Assembly: GCA_035317805.1 (NCBI GenBank)
Contig: DATHGE010000393.1
Coordinates: 1-44,178, forward strand
Length of the DNA stretch: 44,178 nt
Origin: Flavobacterium sp.
GTDB lineage: Bacteria; Bacteroidota; Bacteroidia; Flavobacteriales; Flavobacteriaceae
Reading direction: 5' to 3'
A program made the position numbers and the translations under genes. This document shows, one piece after another, positions 31,584 to 42,072 of this stretch. The notes beneath the pieces were generated by a model. It worked only from the letters and a program-made list of their open reading frames with translations. It was not told where the DNA came from and did no database searches. How positions within the stretch are numbered: the stretch's first letter is position 1; each line of letters starts with the position of its first letter.

Positions 31584-31636
31584 GGGACAGAATCAGATTA
31601 TCGAAGGATTTGACCTGAATTCATAATCTCTGACCC
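31584..31636 (+). promoter_or_regulatory. Structured leader upstream of rpsD (candidate S4 r-leader)
   Basis: Nested pairings GGG/CCC, CAG/CTG, AGATTAT/ATAATCT, GAA/TTC. Confidence 0.55.
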
Positions 31637-31649
31637 AAAACAATTTAAA

Positions 31650-32255
31650 ATGGCAAGATATACTGGTCCAACTACAAGAATCGCACGTAAATTCGGTGAA
31701 GCGATCTTCGGAGATGACAAATCTTTCGAAAAAAGAAATTACCCACCCGGACAACACGGGATGGCTAAAAAAAGAGGTAAGAAATCGGAATATGCTGTCC
31801 AGTTAATGGAAAAGCAAAAAGCGAAATACACTTACGGAATCCTTGAAAAACAATTCCGCGGTCTTTTCGTTAAAGCATCTGCTGCACGTGGTGTAACAGG
31901 TGAGGTTCTTCTTCAATTGTGTGAGGCAAGATTAGACAACGTGGTTTACAGAATGGGTATCGCACCTACTCGTCGCGGCGCACGTCAAATCGTTTCTCAC
32001 CGTCATGTTACCGTAAATGGAGAATTGGTAAACATTCCTTCCTACCATTTAAAAGCCGGCGATAAAGTGGCTGTTCGTGAAAAATCAAAATCAGTGGAAG
32101 CCATCGAGCGTTCATTGTCAAACTCTTCACACGTGTACGAATGGATTACCTGGAACAATGACCTTAAAGAAGGTACTTTTGTTTCCGTTCCTGCAAGATT
32201 GCAGATTCCTGAAAACATCAAAGAACAACTGATCGTCGAATTGTACAACAAATAA
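31650..32255 (+). CDS. rpsD: 30S ribosomal protein S4
   Basis: [23 protein letters not shown]. Confidence 0.99.
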   Translation: MARYTGPTTRIARKFGEAIFGDDKSFEKRNYPPGQHGMAKKRGKKSEYAVQLMEKQKAKYTYGILEKQFRGLFVKASAARGVTGEVLLQLCEARLDNVVYRMGIAPTRRGARQIVSHRHVTVNGELVNIPSYHLKAGDKVAVREKSKSVEAIERSLSNSSHVYEWITWNNDLKEGTFVSVPARLQIPENIKEQLIVELYNK

Positions 32256-32275
32256 TAATTGACTTAGTCGAAATT

Positions 32276-33268
32276 ATGGCAATATTTAATTTTCAGAAAC
32301 CTGATAAAGTTATCATGATCGATTCAACCGATTTCGAAGGCAAATTTGAATTTCGCCCTTTGGAACCAGGTTACGGATTGACCGTTGGTAATGCACTTAG
32401 AAGAGTTTTGCTTTCCGCACTGGAAGGTTACGCAATCACATCGGTAAGAATCGAAGGTGTAGACCACGAATTTTCTACTATTTCTGGTGTTGTTGAAGAT
32501 GTTACTGAAATCATCCTTAACTTGAAGCAAGTTCGTTTCAAGCGCCAGATTGAAGACGTCGACAATGAATCAGTGACCATTTCGGTTACAGGTAAAGACC
32601 AATTGACCGCAGGTGACTTCCAGAAGTTCATCTCAGGTTTCCAGGTATTGAACCCGGAATTGGTGATCTGCAACCTCGACAGCAAAATCAAATTAAACTT
32701 TGAACTGACTATCGAAAAAGGAAGAGGATATGTTCCTGCAGAAGAGAACAAAAAACAAAATGCGGCCATCGGTACAATCTTTACTGACTCAATTTTTACT
32801 CCGGTAAAAAATGTTAAGTATGCTATCGAAAACTTCCGTGTGGAGCAAAAAACAGATTATGAGAAATTGGTTTTCGAAATCAAAACCGACGGTTCCATCA
32901 ATCCCAAAGACGCGTTGACCGAAGCTGCAAAAGTTTTGATCCACCACTTTATGCTGTTCTCTGACGAAAGGATCACCCTCGAAGCTGACGAAATTGCGCA
33001 GACCGAATCTTACGATGAAGAGTCTTTGCACATGAGACAATTGCTCAAAACAAAACTGGTTGATATGGATTTATCCGTTCGTGCCCTGAATTGTTTGAAA
33101 GCCGCAGAAGTTGATACCCTTGGAGATTTAGTATCTTTCAACAAAAACGACCTGATGAAGTTCCGTAACTTCGGTAAGAAATCTTTAACGGAGCTCGACG
33201 AGCTCGTAGCCGTTAAAAACTTAACCTTCGGAATGGACTTAGCCAAATACAAACTAGATAAAGAATAA
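32276..33268 (+). CDS. rpoA: RNA polymerase alpha subunit
   Basis: [37 protein letters not shown]. Confidence 0.99.
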   Translation: MAIFNFQKPDKVIMIDSTDFEGKFEFRPLEPGYGLTVGNALRRVLLSALEGYAITSVRIEGVDHEFSTISGVVEDVTEIILNLKQVRFKRQIEDVDNESVTISVTGKDQLTAGDFQKFISGFQVLNPELVICNLDSKIKLNFELTIEKGRGYVPAEENKKQNAAIGTIFTDSIFTPVKNVKYAIENFRVEQKTDYEKLVFEIKTDGSINPKDALTEAAKVLIHHFMLFSDERITLEADEIAQTESYDEESLHMRQLLKTKLVDMDLSVRALNCLKAAEVDTLGDLVSFNKNDLMKFRNFGKKSLTELDELVAVKNLTFGMDLAKYKLDKE

Positions 33269-33330
33269 ATTACTTCATATTTTGCTCTCCAAAGAGGATT
33301 GAAGCAAGATGAAGTTAACAAATACACGTC

Positions 33331-33909
33331 ATGAGACACGGAAAAAAATTCAATCACTTAAGCAGACAAAAAGGGCATAGAGCACTGATGTTGTCCAATA
33401 TGGCTTGTTCTCTTATCGAGCACAAACGTATCAATACGACTGTCGCTAAAGCAAAAGCGTTAAAACAATATGTTGAACCGCTTATTACAAAATCAAAAGA
33501 TGATACTACACACAACCGTCGTATCGTGTTCGCTTACCTTAGAAGCAAATATGCAGTAACGGACCTGTTCCGCGATGTAGCCGCTAAAGTGGGTGACCGT
33601 CCGGGTGGTTACACAAGGATTATCAAAGTTGGAAACCGTTTGGGAGACAACGCTGATATGGCGATGATCGAACTTGTAGATTTCAACGAAATATACAACG
33701 GTGGTAAAAAAGAAGAGAAAAAAGCGAAAAGCCGTCGTGGTGGAAAAGCTAAAGGTGCTACAACTGCTCCTGCTGCCGCTCCTAAAGCAGAAGCCCCAGA
33801 AGCGAAAGTGGAAGAGCCTAAAGCAGAAGCACCGGTTGTCGAAGAAACGCCAATCACTGAAGCTCCGGAAGCTGCCGCTGACGAAAACACAGAAGAGAAA
33901 GACGCATAA
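33331..33909 (+). CDS. rplQ: 50S ribosomal protein L17 with Ala/Glu/Pro/Lys-rich C-terminal extension
   Basis: [20 protein letters not shown]. Confidence 0.99.
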   Translation: MRHGKKFNHLSRQKGHRALMLSNMACSLIEHKRINTTVAKAKALKQYVEPLITKSKDDTTHNRRIVFAYLRSKYAVTDLFRDVAAKVGDRPGGYTRIIKVGNRLGDNADMAMIELVDFNEIYNGGKKEEKKAKSRRGGKAKGATTAPAAAPKAEAPEAKVEEPKAEAPVVEETPITEAPEAAADENTEEKDA

Positions 33910-33933
33910 TGACTTTCAACTTCAAATAAAATC

Positions 33934-33966
33934 AAGGATAAACTTTTTAGTTTGTCCTTTTTTTTT
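33934..33966 (+). terminator. Intrinsic terminator of the ribosomal supercluster
   Basis: AAGGATAAAC-loop-GTTTGTCCTT followed by a T-tract. Confidence 0.85.
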
Positions 33967-33980
33967 GCTTTTTTTTGATA

Positions 33981-34103
33981 AGCTATTCCCGCTGTCCGCT
34001 ATATCTTTTACGGCCATTGACTAAGTTTGTACCTGAAGCCCACAGGGCTTCCTCCTCTTAATCTCAAATGGCCGTAAAAGGATGCCGCTTCCATCGGGGC
34101 TAG
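33981..34103. ncRNA. Structured intergenic repeat copy 3 (Flavo-1 RNA motif-like) with an enlarged central arm
   Basis: AGCTATTCCCGCTGTCCGCTATATCTTTTACGGCCATT...AATGGCCGTAAAAGGATGCCGCTTCCATCGGGGCTAG. Confidence 0.65.
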
Positions 34104-34143
34104 ACCAAGCCATCGATTCCAAATGTTCATAACCTTTAAAAAT

Positions 34144-34175
34144 CTTTGCGACAAAACTTTGTGCCCTTTGCGGTA
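34144..34175. repeat. Triple CTTTGYG direct repeat (REP-like)
   Basis: ctttgcg-acaaaa-ctttgtg-cc-ctttgcg-gtaaaa. Confidence 0.45.
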
Positions 34176-34183
34176 AAAAAAAT

Positions 34184-34191
34184 TAAATTTG
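34184..34191 (+). promoter_or_regulatory. -7 element TAAATTTG for carA
   Basis: TAnnTTTG, 17 bp upstream of ATG 34209. Confidence 0.6.
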
Positions 34192-34208
34192 CACAACTAC
34201 AAATTACA

Positions 34209-35321
34209 ATGACTAAATACACGACAAGACAACCCGCAATTCTCTTACTTTCCGACGGAACCATCTTTCACGGCAAATCCATCGGAATCTCCGGAACAAC
34301 CTTCGGCGAACTCTGCTTCAACACCGGAATGACCGGCTACCAGGAAATCTTCACCGATCCGTCCTATTTCGGCCAGATCATGATCACGACCAATCCGCAC
34401 ATCGGGAACTACGGTGTCAATACGAATGACACCGAATCGGGATCGATCAAAATCGCCGGACTCGTCTGCAAGAATTTCAGCTATACGCAATCACGCCCAA
34501 GTGCATCGGGAACGCTCGAAGACTATTTTAAGGAACAAAACCTCATTGGTATCTCCGACGTCGATACGCGCGCACTGACGGCTTACGTCCGCGACAACGG
34601 CGCCATGAATGCCGTCATCTGCACCGACGGAACAGCTGTTGAAGAACTCAAAGCGCAGCTCGCCAAAGTGCCCGACATGAAAGGTCTCGAACTCGCCTCA
34701 ACGGTTTCCACCAAACAGCCGTATTTCTTCGGAAACGAAACCGCCAGATATAAAATCTCCGCACTCGATCTTGGCATCAAAACCAACATCCTGCGCAACC
34801 TTGCCAAACGCGACTGCTATATCAAGGTTTTTCCTTACGATGCGACCTATAAAGATTTATCTGAATTTAACCCCGACGGCTATTTCCTTTCCAACGGTCC
34901 CGGCGATCCGGAACCTTTAAGCGGTGCCATCCAGGTAACGAAAGAGATTCTCGAAAACAACAAGCCATTATTCGGAATCTGTCTCGGCCACCAGATTATC
35001 GGCCTGGCAAACGGAATTTCCACCTTCAAAATGTTCGGCGGACACAGGGGAATCAACCATCCCGTAAAAAACCTGCTCACCGGAAAAGGCGAAATTACTT
35101 CCCAGAATCACGGTTTTGCAGTCAACCGCGAAGAAGTAGAAAATCATCCCGATTTCGAAATCACGCACATCCACATCAACGACAACACCGTCGCCGGAAT
35201 GCGCATGAAATCGAAGAACTGCTTCTCGGTGCAATACCATCCTGAAGCAAGCCCGGGACCACATGATTCTTCCTATTTGTTCGACCAGTTTATCGAGAAT
35301 ATCGCATCGGCTTCAAACTAA
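34209..35321 (+). CDS. carA: Carbamoyl-phosphate synthase small subunit
   Basis: FNTGMTGYQE, LSNGPGDP, GICLGHQ, QYHPEASPGPHD; start at ATG 34209, downstream of the promoter box. Confidence 0.97.
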   Translation: MTKYTTRQPAILLLSDGTIFHGKSIGISGTTFGELCFNTGMTGYQEIFTDPSYFGQIMITTNPHIGNYGVNTNDTESGSIKIAGLVCKNFSYTQSRPSASGTLEDYFKEQNLIGISDVDTRALTAYVRDNGAMNAVICTDGTAVEELKAQLAKVPDMKGLELASTVSTKQPYFFGNETARYKISALDLGIKTNILRNLAKRDCYIKVFPYDATYKDLSEFNPDGYFLSNGPGDPEPLSGAIQVTKEILENNKPLFGICLGHQIIGLANGISTFKMFGGHRGINHPVKNLLTGKGEITSQNHGFAVNREEVENHPDFEITHIHINDNTVAGMRMKSKNCFSVQYHPEASPGPHDSSYLFDQFIENIASASN

Positions 35322-35418
35322 AACGTTTGCGTTTATAAGTTTTCCCAAATTATTAATGATGTGCTTTTATCGTACCTCAAATTTTTTTAATTTCGGAAAA
35401 TAAACATTCAAATAATAA

Positions 35419-36729
<1,311 letters not shown>

Positions 36730-36748
36730 GAATTACAAAATAGATTTT

Positions 36749-36778
36749 AAAACCCTGCCAAAACGGTAGGGTTTTTTT
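36749..36778 (+). terminator. Intrinsic terminator after eno
   Basis: AAAACCCTGCC-loop-GGTAGGG-T7. Confidence 0.88.
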
Positions 36779-36906
36779 GTGGGGTTAAAATTTATCACAC
36801 CGCGCGAGCCTGCTATAAATCAGCAATATATAAAAGATAAATAATGATGAAAAGTTAAAAAATTGAAATTTTAATTCGATATTAGCGCAAACCAATAATT
36901 TGACTT

Positions 36907-39453
36907 ATGAAAAGAACGCTACTTTTTTCACTGTTTCTTTACAGTTGTGTTTCGATTGCGCAAATTGTAAATATCCCGGATCCGAACTTCAAAGCGGATC
37001 TTATCTATCAGGGCGTCGACTCGAACAACGACGGGGAAATTCAGGTCAGTGAGGCCGTGTCCACCTCTTTTTATTTTAATACAAGCGAAACAATCACCGA
37101 CATGACCGGGATTGAGACGTTTATTCATTTGAACAGTTTGTCCATTGAAGACGCGGCAATAACGTCTTTGAATATAAACGGGCTTACCCAACTGCAAACA
37201 CTGCGAATCAGGAATACGAATTTGGCATCGCTCAATATCAGTAACCTGACCGGCCTTACAACATTTGAATGTCGGGAGAACACTTTGTTGACAGCGCTTG
37301 ACGTTACGAACCTGACGAACCTGACTTACCTGAATACACAGGGATGTACATTAATTACTGCGCTTAATTTGGCTCCACTCGTTCACTTAACCGGTTTAAA
37401 TTGTTCCCAGAACAATATTGCTAATCTGGATCTTACGACGTTGTTGAACCTGACATCGCTTATCGCAGACGGTAACCCGATTATTACGATTGATATTTCG
37501 AGCGTACCGAATTTGCATTATCTCAATGTGACTGGTACCGGTATATCGTCACTCGACCTTGCGAACGTACCGAATCTCAATACATTGCTATTCGCGAATA
37601 CTCCAATGGTGTCAATCGATTTAAGTCCGGTAAACCTGCATCAGCTATATTGCAGCCAAACAGACATGATGTCGTCACTTGACCTTTCAGCGCAAACCAA
37701 TTTAACGGATCTTGGGATTGGTGGCCAGCAGTTGTCGAACGTCGATTTGAGCGCGTTGGCGAATCTGACCTATCTCGGAATTGACGGGCTACAGCAAAAT
37801 TATATCGACTTTAGCCTGATGCCGTTGCTTAACCAAATCGATATCGATAACAGCAGCATTACCCAGATGGACTTTTCGCACAACTATACGATCGATCAAC
37901 TTTTCCTGGGTAACAATAACGCACTGGCTTATCTCAATCTCAAAAACGGAATGTATTTCATCGACTTCGGCATTTCTGGTTCGCCAAACTTGCTGTATGT
38001 TTGCGTCGACACGGTCCCATCGCAAGCCACTTACTATTTCGGACCCTATGCGTTGGCGCACGGCAACAATCCGCTTTGCCAGCTCAATCCTTTCTGCTCG
38101 TTCACGCCGGGCGGCATTTACAATACGACCACAGGTACGGTCCGGTTTGATGCCGGCGGTAACGGCTGTGATTCTTCCGACCCGATAGTAAGTAATTTCA
38201 AGATACATGGTTCCGCGGGCCTTTCGCAAGCCGATATTTTTACGAACAATTCCGGCGTTTTTTCGATCCTGATGCAAAACGGTATTACACTAACGCCCGA
38301 ACTTGAAAACCCCGGTTATTTTAACGTGACGCCTTCTGTAGCTACTGTAAATTTTCCCGGAATCGATAACAGCACGCAGACGCAGGATTTTTGCATTTCC
38401 CCGAACGGCGTGCATAATGATGTTGAAGTTGTTGTCATAGCTGTTACTCCGCCAAGGCCAGGATTCGATGCCATCTACAAAATCATTTACAGGAACAAAG
38501 GAAACCAGGCCGTCTCGGGTGCCATTACATTTGTTTACGATGGGTCGATATTTGATTTTGTAACTGCCGATACTTCACCTGCTTCCAATTCTGAAGGTTC
38601 GCTGACGTTTGATTATACCAATCTCGCGCCTTTCGAGCAGCGTGAGATTCGAGTGACGCTCAATTTGAACGGGCCGATGGACACCCCTGCCGTTAACATC
38701 GGCGATAATGTGAGCTCAACTGCAACTATGCAGATTACCGGTGTTGCAGACGAAGTGCCCGATGACAATATCTTTATTTTCAACCAGACTGTTTTGGGTG
38801 CTTTCGACCCAAATGATAAGCAGTGCCTCGAAGGGCAGACGGTTACCCCGGATTTGATAGGGGACTATTTGCACTATCAGGTCAATTTTGAAAATACCGG
38901 CAATACCGCGGCCCAAAACATTACTGTGCGCGATCAAATCGACAGCAGTAAATTTGATTTGGCAAGCCTTGAGGTTCTGTCTTTGTCGCATCCGGGATTT
39001 GCAAGGATTGTTGGCAACACCGCAGAATTTATTTTTGACGACATCAATCTTGAGCCGGATGCGAAAGGTTACGTCATCTTCAAAATCAAGACAAAAAGCA
39101 CCTTGACGGCTAACGCGATCGTTACCAATAAAGCTGATATTTTCTTCGACTATAATTTTCCGGTGGCGACCAATACGGCAACGACCGCCTTTCAGTTGCT
39201 TGGTACGAAAGAATTTGCAACTGATGATTCTATAACTGTTTATCCAAATCCGGCAAACAATTGGGTGAATGTAGAAGCAAAAGGGATTGTGAAGTCGTAT
39301 GGATTGTTCGATATTCAGGGCAGGATTTTGGAAATAAAACAGATTAATAAAGCCAATGCAAAAATCGATATTTCGAAACACGCCACCGGAATTTATTACC
39401 TGAGAATTTATACCGATTCAGGAATGAAAACCGAGAAACTCATTAAGAATTAA
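36907..39453 (+). CDS. Leucine-rich-repeat surface protein with T9SS type A C-terminal sorting domain
   Basis: Signal peptide, cap VNIPDPNFK...DSNNDGEI, about 12 LRRs of 21-22 aa (LxxLxxLx), FDPNDK...YQVNFENTG domain, CTD YPNPA...GIYYLRI...KLIK. Confidence 0.92.
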   Translation: MKRTLLFSLFLYSCVSIAQIVNIPDPNFKADLIYQGVDSNNDGEIQVSEAVSTSFYFNTSETITDMTGIETFIHLNSLSIEDAAITSLNINGLTQLQTLRIRNTNLASLNISNLTGLTTFECRENTLLTALDVTNLTNLTYLNTQGCTLITALNLAPLVHLTGLNCSQNNIANLDLTTLLNLTSLIADGNPIITIDISSVPNLHYLNVTGTGISSLDLANVPNLNTLLFANTPMVSIDLSPVNLHQLYCSQTDMMSSLDLSAQTNLTDLGIGGQQLSNVDLSALANLTYLGIDGLQQNYIDFSLMPLLNQIDIDNSSITQMDFSHNYTIDQLFLGNNNALAYLNLKNGMYFIDFGISGSPNLLYVCVDTVPSQATYYFGPYALAHGNNPLCQLNPFCSFTPGGIYNTTTGTVRFDAGGNGCDSSDPIVSNFKIHGSAGLSQADIFTNNSGVFSILMQNGITLTPELENPGYFNVTPSVATVNFPGIDNSTQTQDFCISPNGVHNDVEVVVIAVTPPRPGFDAIYKIIYRNKGNQAVSGAITFVYDGSIFDFVTADTSPASNSEGSLTFDYTNLAPFEQREIRVTLNLNGPMDTPAVNIGDNVSSTATMQITGVADEVPDDNIFIFNQTVLGAFDPNDKQCLEGQTVTPDLIGDYLHYQVNFENTGNTAAQNITVRDQIDSSKFDLASLEVLSLSHPGFARIVGNTAEFIFDDINLEPDAKGYVIFKIKTKSTLTANAIVTNKADIFFDYNFPVATNTATTAFQLLGTKEFATDDSITVYPNPANNWVNVEAKGIVKSYGLFDIQGRILEIKQINKANAKIDISKHATGIYYLRIYTDSGMKTEKLIKN

Positions 39454-39473
39454 ACTTAAAAAGCAACTTTTTT

Positions 39474-39505
39474 AAAACCCGCACATTACAGTTGCGGGTT
39501 TTTTT
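39474..39505 (+). terminator. Intrinsic terminator
   Basis: AAAACCCGCA-loop-TGCGGG-T7. Confidence 0.88.
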
Positions 39506-39598
39506 ATGCGAAAATCGGGCGACAATATTATCATAGTTTTTATAGAATAATTAACGATTTCATTGCAATATTCTTTTTTTAATTCGTCTTAAATTCCA

Positions 39599-39606
39599 TA
39601 GATTTG
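39599..39606 (+). promoter_or_regulatory. -7 element TAGATTTG for gltA
   Basis: TAnnTTTG, 37 bp upstream of the ATG. Confidence 0.5.
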
Positions 39607-39643
39607 TTAAATTATTATTTCAAGATTAAATTACCTAACAATT

Positions 39644-40927
39644 ATGTCAAAAACAGCAATATTAGAATTAGATGGCAAGAAGTATGAGTTTCCGGTAATC
39701 GTCGGGAGCGAAAATGAAGTCGCCATCGATATAAGCAAATTACGTGACTTGTCACTCGCAATCACAATGGATCCGGGATATAAAAATTCAGGTGTCTGTA
39801 AAAGCGATATCACTTTTCTCGACGGTGAAGAAGGAATTCTGCGCTACAGGGGCTATGCTATTGAAGATTTAGCCGACAAGGCCGATTTTTTAGAAGTTTC
39901 TTACCTCGTTATTTTCGGAGAATTGCCAACCAGGCAACAGCTTGTGCAGTTCGAAAATGACATCCGAAAATATACCCTCGTGAATGAGGAAATGAAAAAC
40001 ATCATCGACGGTTTCCCGAAAACTGCACACCCGATGGGTATTTTGTCATCATTGACCAGTGCATTAACGGCTTTCAATCCAAAAGTAGTTAACGTTGAGA
40101 ATGAAAAGGAAATGTATGAGGCCGTTTGTAAAACCATGGGTAAATTTCTGGTTTTAGCTACGTGGACATTCCGCAAGGTTTCAGGTTTTCCATTGAATTA
40201 CTACGACAATACGAAAGGCTATGTGGAGAATTTCCTAAACCTGATGTTTGCATTGCCAACAGGCCCATATACTGCAAATCCGGTAGTCATCAATGCCCTG
40301 GACAAATTATTCATACTTCACGCCGACCACGAGCAGAACTGTTCGACTTCAACCGTAAGGATGGTGGGTTCTTCACACGCAGGCTTGTTCGCTTCTATTT
40401 CTGCCGGAGTTTCCGCACTTTGGGGACCTTTGCACGGAGGCGCAAACCAGGCGGTTTTAGAGATGCTTGAGGAAATCCAGAAAAATGGCGGCGATGCTGA
40501 TAAATATCTCGCTAAGGCGAAAGACAAGGACGACCCGTTCCGTTTAATGGGATTTGGCCACAGGGTTTATAAGAATTTCGATCCGCGCGCCAAAATCATC
40601 AAGAAAGCCGCAGACGAAGTCCTGTCCAATTTAGGGGTAGACGACCCGATTTTGATTATCGCCAAGAAACTCGAGGAATCGGCCCTGGTGGACGAATATT
40701 TCGTTTCGAGAAAATTATACCCTAATGTCGATTTTTACTCCGGCATTATCTACCGTGCCTTGGGCATCCCAACTGACATGTTCACCGTTCTGTTCGCTAT
40801 CGGCCGCTTGCCGGGCTGGATCGCACAATGGAAAGAAATGCGCGTTAACAAAGAACCAATCGGAAGACCGAGACAGATTTATACCGGTTATCCGTTGAGA
40901 CCATTTAAAGAAATGGATAAAAGATAA
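39644..40927 (+). CDS. gltA: Citrate synthase
   Basis: HADHEQNCST, GPLHGGAN, MGFGHRVYK, YPNVDFYSG. Confidence 0.98.
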   Translation: MSKTAILELDGKKYEFPVIVGSENEVAIDISKLRDLSLAITMDPGYKNSGVCKSDITFLDGEEGILRYRGYAIEDLADKADFLEVSYLVIFGELPTRQQLVQFENDIRKYTLVNEEMKNIIDGFPKTAHPMGILSSLTSALTAFNPKVVNVENEKEMYEAVCKTMGKFLVLATWTFRKVSGFPLNYYDNTKGYVENFLNLMFALPTGPYTANPVVINALDKLFILHADHEQNCSTSTVRMVGSSHAGLFASISAGVSALWGPLHGGANQAVLEMLEEIQKNGGDADKYLAKAKDKDDPFRLMGFGHRVYKNFDPRAKIIKKAADEVLSNLGVDDPILIIAKKLEESALVDEYFVSRKLYPNVDFYSGIIYRALGIPTDMFTVLFAIGRLPGWIAQWKEMRVNKEPIGRPRQIYTGYPLRPFKEMDKR

Positions 40928-40956
40928 ATTATACCAGATTTAGTATATTCTATAGT

Positions 40957-40995
40957 AATCCCGATTGCCTTGTGCAGTCGGGATTTTTCTTTTTT
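40957..40995 (+). terminator. Intrinsic terminator after gltA
   Basis: AATCCCGATTGC-loop-GCAGTCGGGATT plus T-tract. Confidence 0.88.
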
Positions 40996-41131
40996 GAGGA
41001 TAATTCACACTGGCTTTTTTGTTTAATGATTCAATGGATACCTAACAGCAGATTAAAATTAAATCGCCAAGTGAGAGATATATTGTTAATAACTACACAA
41101 TGCGACTGTTAAATTTCTTACAAAATTTCTC

Positions 41132-41139
41132 TAAATTTG
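41132..41139 (+). promoter_or_regulatory. -7 element TAAATTTG for the 41169 gene
   Basis: TAnnTTTG, 29 bp upstream of ATG 41169. Confidence 0.5.
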
Positions 41140-41168
41140 AGTACTATCAACTAAAAATCATATTATTT

Positions 41169-42047
41169 ATGAAAACAAAACAACTTTTTGCAGTAGTGTT
41201 ATTAGCAGGCATTTCGTCATTAAATGCCCAAACTTTATTCGCTCCTTCGGGGCTTTTGGGAACTTCTTCAGTACCGTTCAGCGTGGGTATTGGCACCAGT
41301 ACACCCGCAAGGAACCTTCATGTCGAAGGGAACGTATTGGTCAATTCCAGCTTAAATGGCAATCCTGTTATTGAAGGAAATGGCAGTGTGCTCAAGTTTG
41401 GAACCAATCAAAACAGGGAACTTCTCAAATTTACGACCACAGCGACAGTTCCAAACGCAAGCATTTTTACAATATACAACAGGCGTCTGACCAACGCTTC
41501 CGATTGGACCAGTCTGGTCACAAGGCTGCAGGCATCAACCGATGTTTCTCCGCAAGGTTATATCGAATATAACGGCGTCACGTCCGTAACAACAGATAAT
41601 TCCTATAAAGGCGCTGTATCGTTCGGATTTGAAAAGAAAGAATACATGCGTATTTTCTATAATGGCAAAGTCAGGATTGGCGGCAACACCCAGATTTTCC
41701 CAACTACCGTTGGGTCTGCGGATGTTTCCACATACAAACTGTTTGTTAACGGCGGAATCCTTACCGAGCAAATCCGCGTTAGCCTCGACAGTCCTTGGGC
41801 GGATTATGTATTCCATAAAAATTACAAATTGGCAAGCCTGAGCGAAGTGGAAAGTTTTATCGCCGACAACGGGCACCTCCCGAACGTACCTTCTGCACAA
41901 CAGGTAAAAGAGAATGGCATCGAGTTGGGCGACATGGCTAAAATCCAACAGGAAAAAATTGAAGAACTGACACTTTACCTGATCCAGCAAAACAAAGCGA
42001 TTGAAGAATTAAAAGCAGAGGTTAAAGCTTTGAAAGAAAGAAAATAA
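41169..42047 (+). CDS. Exported tail-fibre-like protein with C-terminal chaperone (peptidase S74-like)/coiled-coil module
   Basis: Signal peptide MKTKQLFAVVLLAGISSLNA-Q; VGIGTSTP..LHVEG and NGKVRIG beta motifs; WADYVF..Y.L.SLSEVE.FI..NGHLP.VPSA...KIEELTLYLI plus coiled coil. Confidence 0.8.
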   Translation: MKTKQLFAVVLLAGISSLNAQTLFAPSGLLGTSSVPFSVGIGTSTPARNLHVEGNVLVNSSLNGNPVIEGNGSVLKFGTNQNRELLKFTTTATVPNASIFTIYNRRLTNASDWTSLVTRLQASTDVSPQGYIEYNGVTSVTTDNSYKGAVSFGFEKKEYMRIFYNGKVRIGGNTQIFPTTVGSADVSTYKLFVNGGILTEQIRVSLDSPWADYVFHKNYKLASLSEVESFIADNGHLPNVPSAQQVKENGIELGDMAKIQQEKIEELTLYLIQQNKAIEELKAEVKALKERK

Positions 42048-42072
42048 ATATAAGTCAACTAAAAATTAAAAG

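Noticed and set aside
34209-35321. carA without adjacent carB
   Set aside because: Split carA/carB is common in this lineage, and the gene is intact with its catalytic Cys-His-Glu motifs.
41169-42047. Prophage remnant
   Set aside because: The gene has a Sec signal peptide and a host-type promoter, and no other phage genes are nearby.
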